This document shows positions 12,208 through 21,723 of a DNA stretch of 64,000 bases, one piece after another (positions within the stretch are counted from its first letter, which is position 1; each line of letters starts with the position of its first letter). The stretch is from Bacilli bacterium. Lineage in GTDB: Bacteria > Bacillota_I > Bacilli_A > RF39 > UBA660. A program made the position numbers and the translations under genes. The stretch lies in NCBI GenBank assembly GCA_016295795.1, contig JAEDKN010000002.1, positions 1,734 to 65,733 on the forward strand, in the 5' to 3' direction. Under the pieces are notes generated by a model. That model did not search any database, was not told the DNA's origin, and worked only from the letters and a program-made list of their open reading frames with translations.

Positions 12208-12220
12208 TTCGTCTTTTTAT
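12189..12220 (+). terminator. rho-independent terminator of rpoC
   Basis: Perfect 10-bp stem AGACGAATTA/TAATTCGTCT, 6-nt loop, T-run; the stop codon lies in the 3' arm. Confidence 0.8.
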
Positions 12221-12265
12221 TTGATAAAATCATGTATTTGTTGTAAAATGTATATGGTGATTAAT

Positions 12266-12673
12266 ATGAAAAAACTTGACAATAGAGGATGGGGACTGTC
12301 CTTGTTTCTAACGTTTATAGGTGTATTTTTTGTTGCAATAATTTTAGTTGCGCATTTATCTACTAAATATGGTATAGGCCCAACAAATACGGATACTAGT
12401 AGTAAAAACAATTCAATTATACAGGAGTATAAAGAATATGAGATGCTTGTAAAAGAAGCATCCGTTAAATATCAAGAACGTCATTATCCTATTATAGATA
12501 ATGGTGATAGTTTTTATGTTAATATTGACAAACTAGATATAGATAAAGATATTTTAAATAAATGTAGTGGTTATGTTGAATTTGGAATGAATAATGATAT
12601 ATATTATTATTCCCCATATTTGCATTGCGGAAATTATAAAACAAGCGGATACATAAGCAGTTTAGATAAATAA
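12266..12673 (+). CDS. hypothetical membrane-anchored protein (135 aa from ATG 12266)
   Basis: N-terminal TM helix followed by a Cys-containing extracytoplasmic domain; no family recognised. Confidence 0.5.
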   Translation: MKKLDNRGWGLSLFLTFIGVFFVAIILVAHLSTKYGIGPTNTDTSSKNNSIIQEYKEYEMLVKEASVKYQERHYPIIDNGDSFYVNIDKLDIDKDILNKCSGYVEFGMNNDIYYYSPYLHCGNYKTSGYISSLDK

Positions 12674-12706
12674 AAGAAGAAAATTAGTTTTAAATTTTCT
12701 TCTTTT
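12672..12706. terminator. bidirectional terminator between the 12266 ORF and mscL
   Basis: Perfect 14-bp stem AAAAGAAGAAAATT/AATTTTCTTCTTTT, A/T runs on both sides. Confidence 0.7.
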
Positions 12707-13130
12707 TTAATAGGTCTCTTATTTCTTCTAATAGTAAAACTTCATCTGATTTCTTTACAACATCAGGGCTTTCCTTTTTTTCTTCTTCTTTTTTAAAGAA
12801 ATTATTAAAAATCTTTATTATAAGGAATATGAAAAATGCTATTATCAAAAAGTCTACTATGTTTTGGATAAATGCTCCATATGCAATAGTCGCATCTTTA
12901 ATCTTAAAGGATAGATTTTTAAAATCTTGACCACCTAATAATAATCCGATAATTGGCATTAATATATCATTTACTAATGAAGTTACAATTTTACTGAAAG
13001 CGCCTCCTATAATTACACCTACAGCGAGGTCTATGACATTTCCTCTTTGAATAAATTTTTTGAACTCTTCGAAGAAACCAACTATTTTCTTTTGTTCTTC
13101 TTTGATTTTCTTCTTACTTATATTTTTCAT
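12690..13130 (-). CDS. mscL: large-conductance mechanosensitive channel MscL
   Basis: [37 protein letters not shown] signature. Confidence 0.93.
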   Translation of the reverse strand: MKNISKKKIKEEQKKIVGFFEEFKKFIQRGNVIDLAVGVIIGGAFSKIVTSLVNDILMPIIGLLLGGQDFKNLSFKIKDATIAYGAFIQNIVDFLIIAFFIFLIIKIFNNFFKKEEEKKESPDVVKKSDEVLLLEEIRDLLKKKKI

Positions 13131-13200
13131 AAAAATCCTCCTAAAACAATTATATATAAAAATAATTTTTTTTTCAATTAATAAGAAATATAATTTTGTA

Positions 13201-13229
13201 TTGACATATTAATATTAAGATGATATATT
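13201..13229 (+). promoter_or_regulatory. sigma-A promoter of the str operon
   Basis: TTGACA (13201-13206), 17 nt, TATATT (13224-13229). Confidence 0.55.
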
Positions 13230-13326
13230 ATTCATGCTGATTGAATTGAGCTTTGTTTATGCAAAGCTTATATTTAATATCAAAAATGACACACCTGGGG
13301 ATGTGTAAAGAAAGGAGACCGAATTT

Positions 13327-13740
13327 ATGCCTACAATTAATCAATTAGTAAGAAAAAATAGAAGTGATAAGAACAGAAAAAGTAAATCACCTGTATTAGG
13401 GATTGGACTAAACAGCATTCAAAAGAAACAAACAGATAAAAAATCACCTCAAAAACGTGGAGTATGTACACGTGTTGGTACAATGACACCAAAAAAGCCA
13501 AACTCAGCACTTCGTAAATATGCTCGTGTTCGCCTAAGCAATGGTATGGAAGTAACTTGTTATATTCCTGGAATCGGACATAATTTACAAGAACATAGTG
13601 TTGTCTTGATTCGTGGCGGACGTGTAAAAGATTTAATTGGTGTACGTTATCATATTATACGTGGTACATTAGATACAGCTGGTGTTAAAGATAGAAAACA
13701 AGGACGTAGTAAATACGGAGCAAAGAAACCTAAAAAGTAA
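13327..13740 (+). CDS. rpsL: 30S ribosomal protein S12
   Basis: [10 protein letters not shown]... S12 translation. Confidence 0.98.
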   Translation: MPTINQLVRKNRSDKNRKSKSPVLGIGLNSIQKKQTDKKSPQKRGVCTRVGTMTPKKPNSALRKYARVRLSNGMEVTCYIPGIGHNLQEHSVVLIRGGRVKDLIGVRYHIIRGTLDTAGVKDRKQGRSKYGAKKPKK

Positions 13741-13767
13741 TTTAAAAGTTGAAAGGAGGAAAATATA

Positions 13768-14235
13768 ATGCGTAAAAGACGTGCAGTTAAGAGAGATGTT
13801 CTACCAGATCCAATATATAATTCAAAGGTAGTTACTAAAGTGGTAAATGCAATTATGTTAGACGGTAAAAAGGGAACAGCTCAAACTATTCTTTATAAAG
13901 CATTTGATATAATTAAAGAAAGAACAAATGAAGATCCTATGGCAATTTTTGAAAAAGCAATGGAAAATATCAAACCGTCTTTGGAAGTTAAGTCAAGAAG
14001 GGTTGGAGGATCAAATTATCAAGTACCTATTGAGGTTAGTCCAGCAAGAAGCCAAGCATTGGCTATACGTTGGCTTGTAAAATATGCTAGAGAAAGAGGC
14101 GGAAAAGGTATGGCCGAGAATCTAGCAAGCGAATTAATTGATGCATCAAACGGAACTGGTGGAGCAGTTAAGAAACGCGAAGATACACATAGAATGGCAG
14201 AGGCTAATAAAGCATTTGCTCATTATCGTTGGTAG
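13768..14235 (+). CDS. rpsG: 30S ribosomal protein S7
   Basis: S7 translation, str operon order. Confidence 0.98.
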   Translation: MRKRRAVKRDVLPDPIYNSKVVTKVVNAIMLDGKKGTAQTILYKAFDIIKERTNEDPMAIFEKAMENIKPSLEVKSRRVGGSNYQVPIEVSPARSQALAIRWLVKYARERGGKGMAENLASELIDASNGTGGAVKKREDTHRMAEANKAFAHYRW

Positions 14236-14248
14236 AGGGGAGTAAAGT

Positions 14249-16318
14249 ATGGCACGCGAGACATCATTATTAATGACACGAAATATAGGAATAATGGCAC
14301 ATATTGATGCAGGTAAAACTACTTGTACCGAACGTGTATTATTTCATACTAAAAAAATTCACAAAATTGGTGAGACACATGATGGTGCTTCACAAATGGA
14401 CTGGATGGAACAAGAGCAGGAACGTGGTATTACTATTACCTCAGCTGCAACAACTGCCTATTGGAAAAAGTATCGTTTCAATATTATTGATACTCCAGGA
14501 CATGTAGACTTCACAGTTGAAGTTAGTCGTAGTTTAAGAGTACTAGATGGTGCAGTAGCACTTATAGATGCTCAAGCAGGAGTTGAACCTCAAACTGAAA
14601 CTGTTTGGCGTCAAGCTACTGAATTTAAAGTTCCAAGAATTATTTTTGCAAATAAAATGGATAAGATGGGTGCAGATTTCGTTTATAGTTTAGGAACAAT
14701 TGATTCTAGACTTGGAGTTAATGCTAAGCCTATTGAATGGCCTATTGGTGCAGAAAGTGAGTTTAATGGAATAATAGATTTGGTTACAATGAAGGCATAC
14801 CAATATGACGGAAAGCCTGAAGAGGAACCACAAGAAATAGAAATTCCATCTGATTTAAAGGATATAGCTGAAGAAAAGAGAGCAGAGTTAATCGAAGCAG
14901 TAGCTGAATTTGATGATGAACTAATGGAAAAATATCTTGAAGGAGATGAAATTCCAGTTGATTTAATCAAGAAGGCTATTAGAAAAGGAACACTTGCAGT
15001 TGAATTTTTCCCAGTTATGTGTGGTACAGCATTAGGAAATAAGGGTATTAAATTACTCCTTGATGCAGTAATTGACTATTTACCATCGCCACTTGATGTT
15101 GAAGCTATTCCTGGTATTGATAAAGATGGTAATGAAGTTTTAAGACATCCATCAGACGATGAACCATTTAGTGCATTAGCTTTTAAAGTTATGACAGATC
15201 CATTTGTTGGACGTTTAACTTTCTTTAGAGTTTATTCTGGGCATTTATCAAGCGGTTCATATGTAATGAATTCTACAAAAGGCGCTAAGGAAAGAATTGG
15301 TCGTATTCTACTTATGCATGCGAACAATCGTACAGAAATTTCCGATGTATATACAGGAGATATTGCTGCAGCAGTAGGACTTAAAAATACTACAACAGGA
15401 GATACTTTATGTGATGAAAAGAAGCAAGTTATACTTGAATCTATGGAATTCCCAGAACCTGTTATTCAATTGGCAGTTGAACCAAAATCAAAAGCCGATC
15501 AAGATAAAATGGGAATTGCGTTACAAAAACTTGCAGAAGAAGATCCTACATTTAGAGTTCATACAGATCATGAAACTGGTCAAACAGTTATTTCAGGAAT
15601 GGGTGAACTTCATTTGGACGTATTAGTAGATCGTATGAGAAGAGAATTCTCGGTTGAATGTAATGTTGGTAAACCACAAGTAGCTTATCGTGAAACAATA
15701 CGTCAAGCAGCTGATTGTGAAGGTAAATACATTAAGCAATCAGGTGGTCGTGGACAGTATGGTCACGTATGGATTAAATTCGAACCAAATCCTGATAAAG
15801 GATATGAGTTTGTGGATGCTATCGTTGGTGGCGTAGTTCCTCGTGAATATATTCCAGTAACTGATAAAGGATTACAAGAAGCAATGGCAGGAGGAGTTTT
15901 AGCGGGGTATCCAATGATAGATGTTAAAGCAACATTATTTGATGGTTCATATCATGATGTTGACTCTAGTGAAATGGCATTTAAAATTGCTGCTTCTATG
16001 GCTTTGAAAGAAGCTAAAAACAAATGTAAACCAGTGCTTCTTGAACCTATTATGAAGGTTGATGTAACAGTGCCTGATGAATATTTTGGTAATGTTATGG
16101 GTGATTTAACTAGTAGACGTGGTAGACCATTGGGTCAAGAAACAATCGGTAATGCTATTAAATTAAGTGCAATGGTTCCATTAGCAGAAATGTTTGGATA
16201 CGCTACATCTTTAAGAAGCAATAGTCAGGGACGTGGAAACTTTATTATGCAATTTGATCATTATGAAGAGGTTCCAAAAAATATTGCTGAAGAAATAATC
16301 AAGAAAAGTGGAAATTAA
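14249..16318 (+). CDS. fusA: elongation factor G
   Basis: [18 protein letters not shown]-domain motifs; full-length EF-G. Confidence 0.98.
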   Translation: MARETSLLMTRNIGIMAHIDAGKTTCTERVLFHTKKIHKIGETHDGASQMDWMEQEQERGITITSAATTAYWKKYRFNIIDTPGHVDFTVEVSRSLRVLDGAVALIDAQAGVEPQTETVWRQATEFKVPRIIFANKMDKMGADFVYSLGTIDSRLGVNAKPIEWPIGAESEFNGIIDLVTMKAYQYDGKPEEEPQEIEIPSDLKDIAEEKRAELIEAVAEFDDELMEKYLEGDEIPVDLIKKAIRKGTLAVEFFPVMCGTALGNKGIKLLLDAVIDYLPSPLDVEAIPGIDKDGNEVLRHPSDDEPFSALAFKVMTDPFVGRLTFFRVYSGHLSSGSYVMNSTKGAKERIGRILLMHANNRTEISDVYTGDIAAAVGLKNTTTGDTLCDEKKQVILESMEFPEPVIQLAVEPKSKADQDKMGIALQKLAEEDPTFRVHTDHETGQTVISGMGELHLDVLVDRMRREFSVECNVGKPQVAYRETIRQAADCEGKYIKQSGGRGQYGHVWIKFEPNPDKGYEFVDAIVGGVVPREYIPVTDKGLQEAMAGGVLAGYPMIDVKATLFDGSYHDVDSSEMAFKIAASMALKEAKNKCKPVLLEPIMKVDVTVPDEYFGNVMGDLTSRRGRPLGQETIGNAIKLSAMVPLAEMFGYATSLRSNSQGRGNFIMQFDHYEEVPKNIAEEIIKKSGN

Positions 16319-16506
16319 GACAGTTTCTTAAATGGGAAACATTAGACAAATTAGTAAAAAAGTCTATAAATATTGGTTGATTATAGAATGCTTAAATTAT
16401 TATGAGGCAGAAGAGCATTCTGTAAGAAACTAGAAAAATAGGCAACAAACAAATTCTAATAATAACTGAAAGTCGTACAACTTTCCGATTATTATATAAA
16501 AAATAG

Positions 16507-16535
16507 TTGATAAATTATCAATTATTAGTTAAAAT
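16507..16535 (+). promoter_or_regulatory. internal promoter for tuf
   Basis: TTGATA (16507-16512), 17 nt, TAAAAT (16530-16535). Confidence 0.5.
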
Positions 16536-16568
16536 AAAGTAGTAATTAAAAAAAGGAGGAAATATAAA

Positions 16569-17753
16569 ATGGCAAAAGAAAAATTTAATCGTTCAAAACC
16601 ACATGTTAACATTGGTACAATTGGACACGTAGACCATGGTAAAACTACTTTAACTGCTGCAATTACTAAATGTTTAGCAGAAAAAGGTATGGCTGAATTC
16701 ACTGATTATGCTAATATCGATAAAGCACCAGAAGAAAGGGAACGTGGTATTACAATTAATACTGCACATGTTGAGTATGAAACTGACAAACGTCACTATG
16801 CACATGTTGACTGTCCAGGACATGCTGATTATGTAAAAAACATGATTACAGGTGCAGCACAAATGGATGGAGCAATACTAGTTATTGCCGCAAGTGATGG
16901 ACCTATGGCACAAACTCGTGAACACATTCTTTTATCTCGCCAAGTTGGTGTTCCTAAAATGGTTGTGTTTATGAACAAATGTGATCAAGTTGATGATCCT
17001 GAGTTATTAGATTTAGTAGAAATGGAAATCCGCGATTTATTAAATGAATATGGATTTGATGGAGACAATACTCCAATTATTCGTGGGTCTGCTTTAAAAG
17101 CTCTTGAGGGAGATCCTGAAGCAAAAGCTAAGATTTATGAATTAATGGATGCTGTTGACGAATGGATTCCAACTCCAGAACGTGATACTGAAAAACCATT
17201 CTTAATGAGTATTGAAGATGTATTTACAATTACTGGACGTGGAACAGTTGTTACAGGACGTGTTGAAAGAGGACAATTAAAACTTAATGATACAGTAGAA
17301 ATAGTTGGTATTAGAGACACTAAATCAACAGTTGTAACTGGAATTGAGATGTTTAGAAAACAACTTGACTATGCTGAAGCAGGAGACAATGCAGGTGTAT
17401 TATTACGTGGTATTTCTCGTGAAGAAGTAGAACGTGGTCAAGTATTAGCTAAACCAGGAAGTGTTACTCCTCATCATAAATTTAAAGCACAAGTATACGT
17501 TTTATCCAAAGAAGAAGGTGGACGTCATACTCCATTCTTTGCAAATTACAGACCACAATTCTATTTTAGAACTACTGATGTAACTGGTGTTATAGAATTA
17601 CCAGCTGGAGTAGATATGGTTATGCCTGGAGATAACGTTGAAATTACTGTTGATTTAATTCATCCAATCGCAATTGAAAATGGTACTAAGTTCTCAATTC
17701 GTGAGGGTGGACGTACGGTTGGTGCTGGTAACGTTTCAGAAATTATTGAATAA
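16569..17753 (+). CDS. tuf: elongation factor Tu
   Basis: [21 protein letters not shown] motifs. Confidence 0.99.
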   Translation: MAKEKFNRSKPHVNIGTIGHVDHGKTTLTAAITKCLAEKGMAEFTDYANIDKAPEERERGITINTAHVEYETDKRHYAHVDCPGHADYVKNMITGAAQMDGAILVIAASDGPMAQTREHILLSRQVGVPKMVVFMNKCDQVDDPELLDLVEMEIRDLLNEYGFDGDNTPIIRGSALKALEGDPEAKAKIYELMDAVDEWIPTPERDTEKPFLMSIEDVFTITGRGTVVTGRVERGQLKLNDTVEIVGIRDTKSTVVTGIEMFRKQLDYAEAGDNAGVLLRGISREEVERGQVLAKPGSVTPHHKFKAQVYVLSKEEGGRHTPFFANYRPQFYFRTTDVTGVIELPAGVDMVMPGDNVEITVDLIHPIAIENGTKFSIREGGRTVGAGNVSEIIE

Positions 17754-17778
17754 AAAAGAGTTTATCTCTTTTTTTTTA
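17754..17778 (+). terminator. terminator after tuf
   Basis: AAAAAGAG/CTCTTTTT stem followed by a T-run. Confidence 0.55.
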
Positions 17779-17813
17779 GTATAAATTTTTTAGTTTAAAA
17801 ATTCAGAATTAAA

Positions 17814-17858
17814 ATGCAAAAAAATAAAACCTCTTTCTTATAAAATCAGAAAGAGGTT
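17814..17858 (-). terminator. terminator of the minus-strand lipoprotein gene
   Basis: Perfect 11-bp stem AACCTCTTTCT/AGAAAGAGGTT; T-run on the minus strand. Confidence 0.7.
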
Positions 17859-17891
17859 ATTCTTTATACTAATATTCTTATTAATACTATA

Positions 17892-18314
17892 TTATTTAAC
17901 GTTGTTAAAAGAAGAGATAACGAAATCAAAGGCCTCGGTATTAATATTTTTTTCAATAACTAGGCCAGAATTATATTCGATTTCAATTTGTTCAACAACA
18001 CCTTCAGAAGAAGATATATAGCCATTTTTGATTATATCTTTATAAGTTTCAGAATTAGTATCAAAAATATAAAGAACAAACACACTATCATCATTTAAAT
18101 AGTAATAATAAGTTTCGTCAGAATTATGCTCGGGATTAACAAGTTTAATCTTTTCAAAATCAATATTATTTTTGGCTAATTCAGCATCAAATTTAGTAAC
18201 TAAATCAGTATTTTCAGAAATTTCAGCAGAAGAATTAGATTGATTTTTATCACAAGCACAAGTAAGAACCAAAATTACTAATAATAAAAATGGTAAAAGA
18301 TTTTTGACTTTCAT
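17892..18314 (-). CDS. small putative lipoprotein
   Basis: Signal peptide ending LVLTCAC (lipobox-like), Ser/Asn linker; no family recognised. Confidence 0.6.
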   Translation of the reverse strand: MKVKNLLPFLLLVILVLTCACDKNQSNSSAEISENTDLVTKFDAELAKNNIDFEKIKLVNPEHNSDETYYYYLNDDSVFVLYIFDTNSETYKDIIKNGYISSSEGVVEQIEIEYNSGLVIEKNINTEAFDFVISSFNNVK

Positions 18315-18375
18315 AACAGCCTCCTTTATTATGGAATAATTGTATCACAAAGAAAAACAATATTCAATGTAGTAA

Positions 18376-18404
18376 TTGACACAAAAGAATTAATGTAAGA
18401 TAAT
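18376..18404 (+). promoter_or_regulatory. sigma-A promoter of the metalloprotease gene
   Basis: TTGACA (18376-18381), 17 nt, GATAAT (18399-18404). Confidence 0.55.
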
Positions 18405-18423
18405 AATAATAGAAAATAGGAAA

Positions 18424-20004
18424 GTGATAAATGTGAAAGAAGAAAAGAAAAACCAAAAATGGGAAATAATAGCATTTGTAGTGGTATTGATAGTATTAAT
18501 AGTAGCAATAATATTTGTAATAATAAAAAATATTACAAAAGAAGTTGAAGGAAATAAAAATGAAGCTATAGTAGTACCAACTGTATTATACTTTGATAAT
18601 GTAATAGGTTCAGAGGTAGAAAAAGGAACAAGAATAGAAGCAAAAGGTTTTTTTACGTATGTAGGAGTTAAGGATTACTATTTTAAAGCTGGTGCATATG
18701 ATGAAAATACAAAGATAGTAGAAACCAATTGTACCAAGGTGGATGTAAGTAAATATTCTACTGTTAAATTTAACGTAAATAAGAGTGGAATGTATGCGAA
18801 ATGGACGATATATAGTGATAGTGTATGTAAAAGGAAGGTAATAGATTATAAAACAAGGGAGTATGAAGTAAAAGGTAGTAGCACATCGACAAATAAGACA
18901 TTCAAAGCAACATTTGATAAAAATGGAGCAACAAGTATAGGAAGTAGTAGTTTGAGTTGTAACACAACAGGTAGCTCATGCACAGTAAAAGCACCAAGTA
19001 TAAAAAGAGATGGATATACAATAGTAGGATGGAATACATCAAAGAATGCAACAACAGCACAATATAAAGTAGGAAGTACAATAACATTAACGAAAAATAC
19101 AACATTTTATGCTATTACAAAGAAAAACACAACTGGCAGTAGTTCTTCAGGAACTACAACAACAAAGACATTCAAAGCAACATTTGATAAAAATGGAGCA
19201 ACTAGTATAGGAAGTAGTAGTTTGAGTTGTAACACAACAGGTAGCTCATGCACAGTAAAAGCACCAAGTATAAAAAGAGATGGATATACAATAGTAGGAT
19301 GGAATACATCAAAGAATGCAACAACAGCACAATATAAAGTAGGAAGTACAATAACATTAACGAAAAATACAACATTTTATGCTATTACAAAGAAGAATAC
19401 AACTAGTGGTAGTTCTTCTAGTAGTTCTAGCAGTAGTAAGGCTAAAAACGGAATAGCTTATTCAAAAAAAGTAAATGGAACTACTGTGTATGTTGAGAAT
19501 GGTTGCTCATCTTCTATAGTAAATAAATACATAGCTGATATACAAGCCAATCCAAGTTATTTAGTTCAAGCAGGGAATATATATATATTAACAAAAAATT
19601 CATTTAATAGTTATTATGGGACACAAAATGCTATAGGAATGACTAGTGGATTTGCTATGCTTTGGGCTTCTGATATTAGATGTGATTCTTACTATGATGG
19701 GGTTGTTGCTCATGAACTTGCACATGGAATGGATGGCTATTATGCATTTTTAAAGGGAAAGGGTCGAATTTCTGCAAGAAGGGAATTTACGCAATTATAT
19801 AATAAATATTATAAAAAAATATTAACTGATTACGCATTTGATGAAGGTACAGACGAGTTCTTTGCAGAAGCATATGCATTTTACTTTGGTAAATACATAT
19901 CAAAGCCTTCAAAAGAATTGTCTGGATATAGACAAAATTACCCAGGAGAATTAAAAACGTTGATGGAACAAACTCTTAAAGAAATGTCTCAAGTTAATTG
20001 GTAA
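18424..20004 (+). CDS. membrane-anchored protein with two Listeria-Bacteroides (Flg_new-type) repeats and a C-terminal ATLF/M34-like zinc metalloprotease domain
   Basis: N-terminal TM helix; 2 x FDKNGAT...RDGYTIVGWNTS...TFYA repeat; VVAHELAHGMD (HExxH) and downstream DEFFAEAYAFYF, resembling lethal-factor EFFAEAF with the third zinc ligand Glu. Confidence 0.7.
   Translation: MINVKEEKKNQKWEIIAFVVVLIVLIVAIIFVIIKNITKEVEGNKNEAIVVPTVLYFDNVIGSEVEKGTRIEAKGFFTYVGVKDYYFKAGAYDENTKIVETNCTKVDVSKYSTVKFNVNKSGMYAKWTIYSDSVCKRKVIDYKTREYEVKGSSTSTNKTFKATFDKNGATSIGSSSLSCNTTGSSCTVKAPSIKRDGYTIVGWNTSKNATTAQYKVGSTITLTKNTTFYAITKKNTTGSSSSGTTTTKTFKATFDKNGATSIGSSSLSCNTTGSSCTVKAPSIKRDGYTIVGWNTSKNATTAQYKVGSTITLTKNTTFYAITKKNTTSGSSSSSSSSSKAKNGIAYSKKVNGTTVYVENGCSSSIVNKYIADIQANPSYLVQAGNIYILTKNSFNSYYGTQNAIGMTSGFAMLWASDIRCDSYYDGVVAHELAHGMDGYYAFLKGKGRISARREFTQLYNKYYKKILTDYAFDEGTDEFFAEAYAFYFGKYISKPSKELSGYRQNYPGELKTLMEQTLKEMSQVNW
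18896..19419 (+). repeat. two tandem copies of a 270-bp unit, nearly identical at the DNA level, inside the metalloprotease gene
   Basis: 18901 ttcaaagcaacatttgat... recurs at 19171; only a handful of mismatches, near the unit ends. Confidence 0.95.
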
Positions 20005-20009
20005 GAAAA

Positions 20010-20040
20010 AAGAGCAAAAGATTTTATTTCTTTTGCTCTT
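20010..20040. terminator. bidirectional terminator between convergent genes
   Basis: Perfect 11-bp stem AAGAGCAAAAG/CTTTTGCTCTT with A/T runs on both sides. Confidence 0.7.
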
Positions 20041-21286
20041 TTAAATTGTACTTATCTTTCGTATTTCTATATAAAGCGTACATTGGTTTATTTATTATTA
20101 TATTAAATTCACCGATGTATTCTGTTGCTAAACTATTATATCCAAGTTTTGCTTCATTCAATCCCTTATAACGATTGTTATCTGTAAAATCTCCAGAGAT
20201 TGCATTTAAATCAAAAAATGAAATCTCTGATTGTGCATATTTTTCTATTATTTTCCATTTTGTAAGATATCCGGGGCATAAATTGTTATATTCTTCTGAG
20301 TAGCCATCAATTAATAAATTAATTTGATTTCCGTATTTAATTATTATGGCACCACCAATAAGCAATCCTTCAGGATGATCCTTTAACAACTGTGTGGATA
20401 TAATTAGATGTTTTTTATATGATGCAAGTATCCTATCTGATTCCATTTTTTTATTTAACACAGTTCTCATGTCCTTGCCTTTGTAACCCTCTTCTTGTAT
20501 AACATTATTTAGATAATCATTAACTTCTGATTCTTTTTCAAATAAATGCTTACTGTTAGATACATAAACTTCAGTATTTATTTTGGCTAAATAGATTTCA
20601 AAAGAGTCCTGAAAATTTTTCTTAAATTCTTGATAATACCTTAATGAATAGTTTCCTTTTTTTCTAATGAATTCGTAGATTTGTTCTATATTATTAGTAT
20701 TATCTTTGTATATTTCAACGCCAAATTTTACAGCCTTTCTAAGTTTGTTACGAACTTGTTTTTCTAAATCATAAAATAATTCTGTTGCTTTTTTATTTTG
20801 CATATCTAAAATCGCATGCCATCTTGGTTTAACTGCTTCTAAATAATTATTAAATCCGCAGTGATTAAAGCCAGTGTTTTTCAAACAAGACATAATTTTA
20901 TCTATTTCGTTATTTTGACTTATTATATTACCTTCTTGGTCTCTAATGCTTTTAACTATTAGTGGATCAATTTTCAATATTAGAAAGCTCTGTTTAAACA
21001 AATAGCTTTTCATTTTTTTTACTGCTTCAGGTAGTAATTTATAATCATTGTAATTAATCAATAATCCATGAGGGGCATATCCGTATTTAAATCCCATGAA
21101 TATAGGCCTATGCAAAATTAAGGAAACACCAATCAAATTGCCATTATGAACAAATCCTATATAGGAGGCTTTAAAACCAAAGTTAGTCATCAAGGTACCA
21201 TATGCAACAGATTGATAATAGTTTCTTAAAGGATGATTTCTGGCAAAATTTTCAAACTCACTATATTTCAAGTTAACTATCTTCAT
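20024..21286 (-). CDS. FemAB-family peptidoglycan interpeptide-bridge aminoacyltransferase
   Basis: 420 aa, N-terminal ...YYQSVAYG..., central helical insertion, C-terminal YKGLNEAKLGYN...IGEF; typical FemABX/MurM layout. Confidence 0.65.
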   Translation of the reverse strand: MKIVNLKYSEFENFARNHPLRNYYQSVAYGTLMTNFGFKASYIGFVHNGNLIGVSLILHRPIFMGFKYGYAPHGLLINYNDYKLLPEAVKKMKSYLFKQSFLILKIDPLIVKSIRDQEGNIISQNNEIDKIMSCLKNTGFNHCGFNNYLEAVKPRWHAILDMQNKKATELFYDLEKQVRNKLRKAVKFGVEIYKDNTNNIEQIYEFIRKKGNYSLRYYQEFKKNFQDSFEIYLAKINTEVYVSNSKHLFEKESEVNDYLNNVIQEEGYKGKDMRTVLNKKMESDRILASYKKHLIISTQLLKDHPEGLLIGGAIIIKYGNQINLLIDGYSEEYNNLCPGYLTKWKIIEKYAQSEISFFDLNAISGDFTDNNRYKGLNEAKLGYNSLATEYIGEFNIIINKPMYALYRNTKDKYNLKEQKK

Positions 21287-21387
21287 ACTTAAACCTCCTA
21301 TGACTCATTATATAAGAAATTATAACACAATATTAAATATTTTTGAATAAATTTATATTAATATTATGTGCTAAATTAATCTAATAC

Positions 21388-21416
21388 TTGCATTTTTAAA
21401 CATTCTATGTTAGATT
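21388..21416 (+). promoter_or_regulatory. promoter of secG-rnr-smpB
   Basis: TTGCAT, 17 nt, TAGATT; bracketed by an 11-bp inverted repeat. Confidence 0.45.
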
Positions 21417-21443
21417 AATTAATAGTGATACGGAGGGATCGAC

Positions 21444-21659
21444 TTGAAAACATTTTTGTTAATAATATCTTTGTTACTTATTGCAATTGTTTTATTACAA
21501 AGTAATAAAGCAGAGAGTGCATCGCAAATAATTTCTGGTGGGAATTCTGACTTATTTAGTAGAAGAAAAGAGCGTGGAGTAGAACTTTTAATCAGTAGAA
21601 TCACATTAGCGCTAGGAATGATTTTTTTCCTAGTAAGTTTGATAGCTGAATTTATATAA
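21444..21659 (+). CDS. secG: preprotein translocase subunit SecG
   Basis: 71 aa, two TM helices, LLQSNK..GGNSDLF motif; secG-rnr-smpB order. Confidence 0.85.
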   Translation: MKTFLLIISLLLIAIVLLQSNKAESASQIISGGNSDLFSRRKERGVELLISRITLALGMIFFLVSLIAEFI

Positions 21660-21723
21660 TTAGACTGTAAAAAGTCTTTTTTTTATTGTATAATTGTATT
21701 TAAGGATATATAAGGTGGATTAT

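Noticed and set aside
12266-12360. Prepilin or pseudopilin-type N-terminus (MKKLDNRGWGLSLFL...).
   Set aside because: It lacks the G-F-T-L-I-E processing motif, in particular Glu at position +5. A plain signal-anchor is more likely.
18896-19419. Possible CRISPR or non-coding repeat array.
   Set aside because: There are only two 270-bp units with no spacers. They lie in frame within a long ORF and encode a known repeat-domain type.
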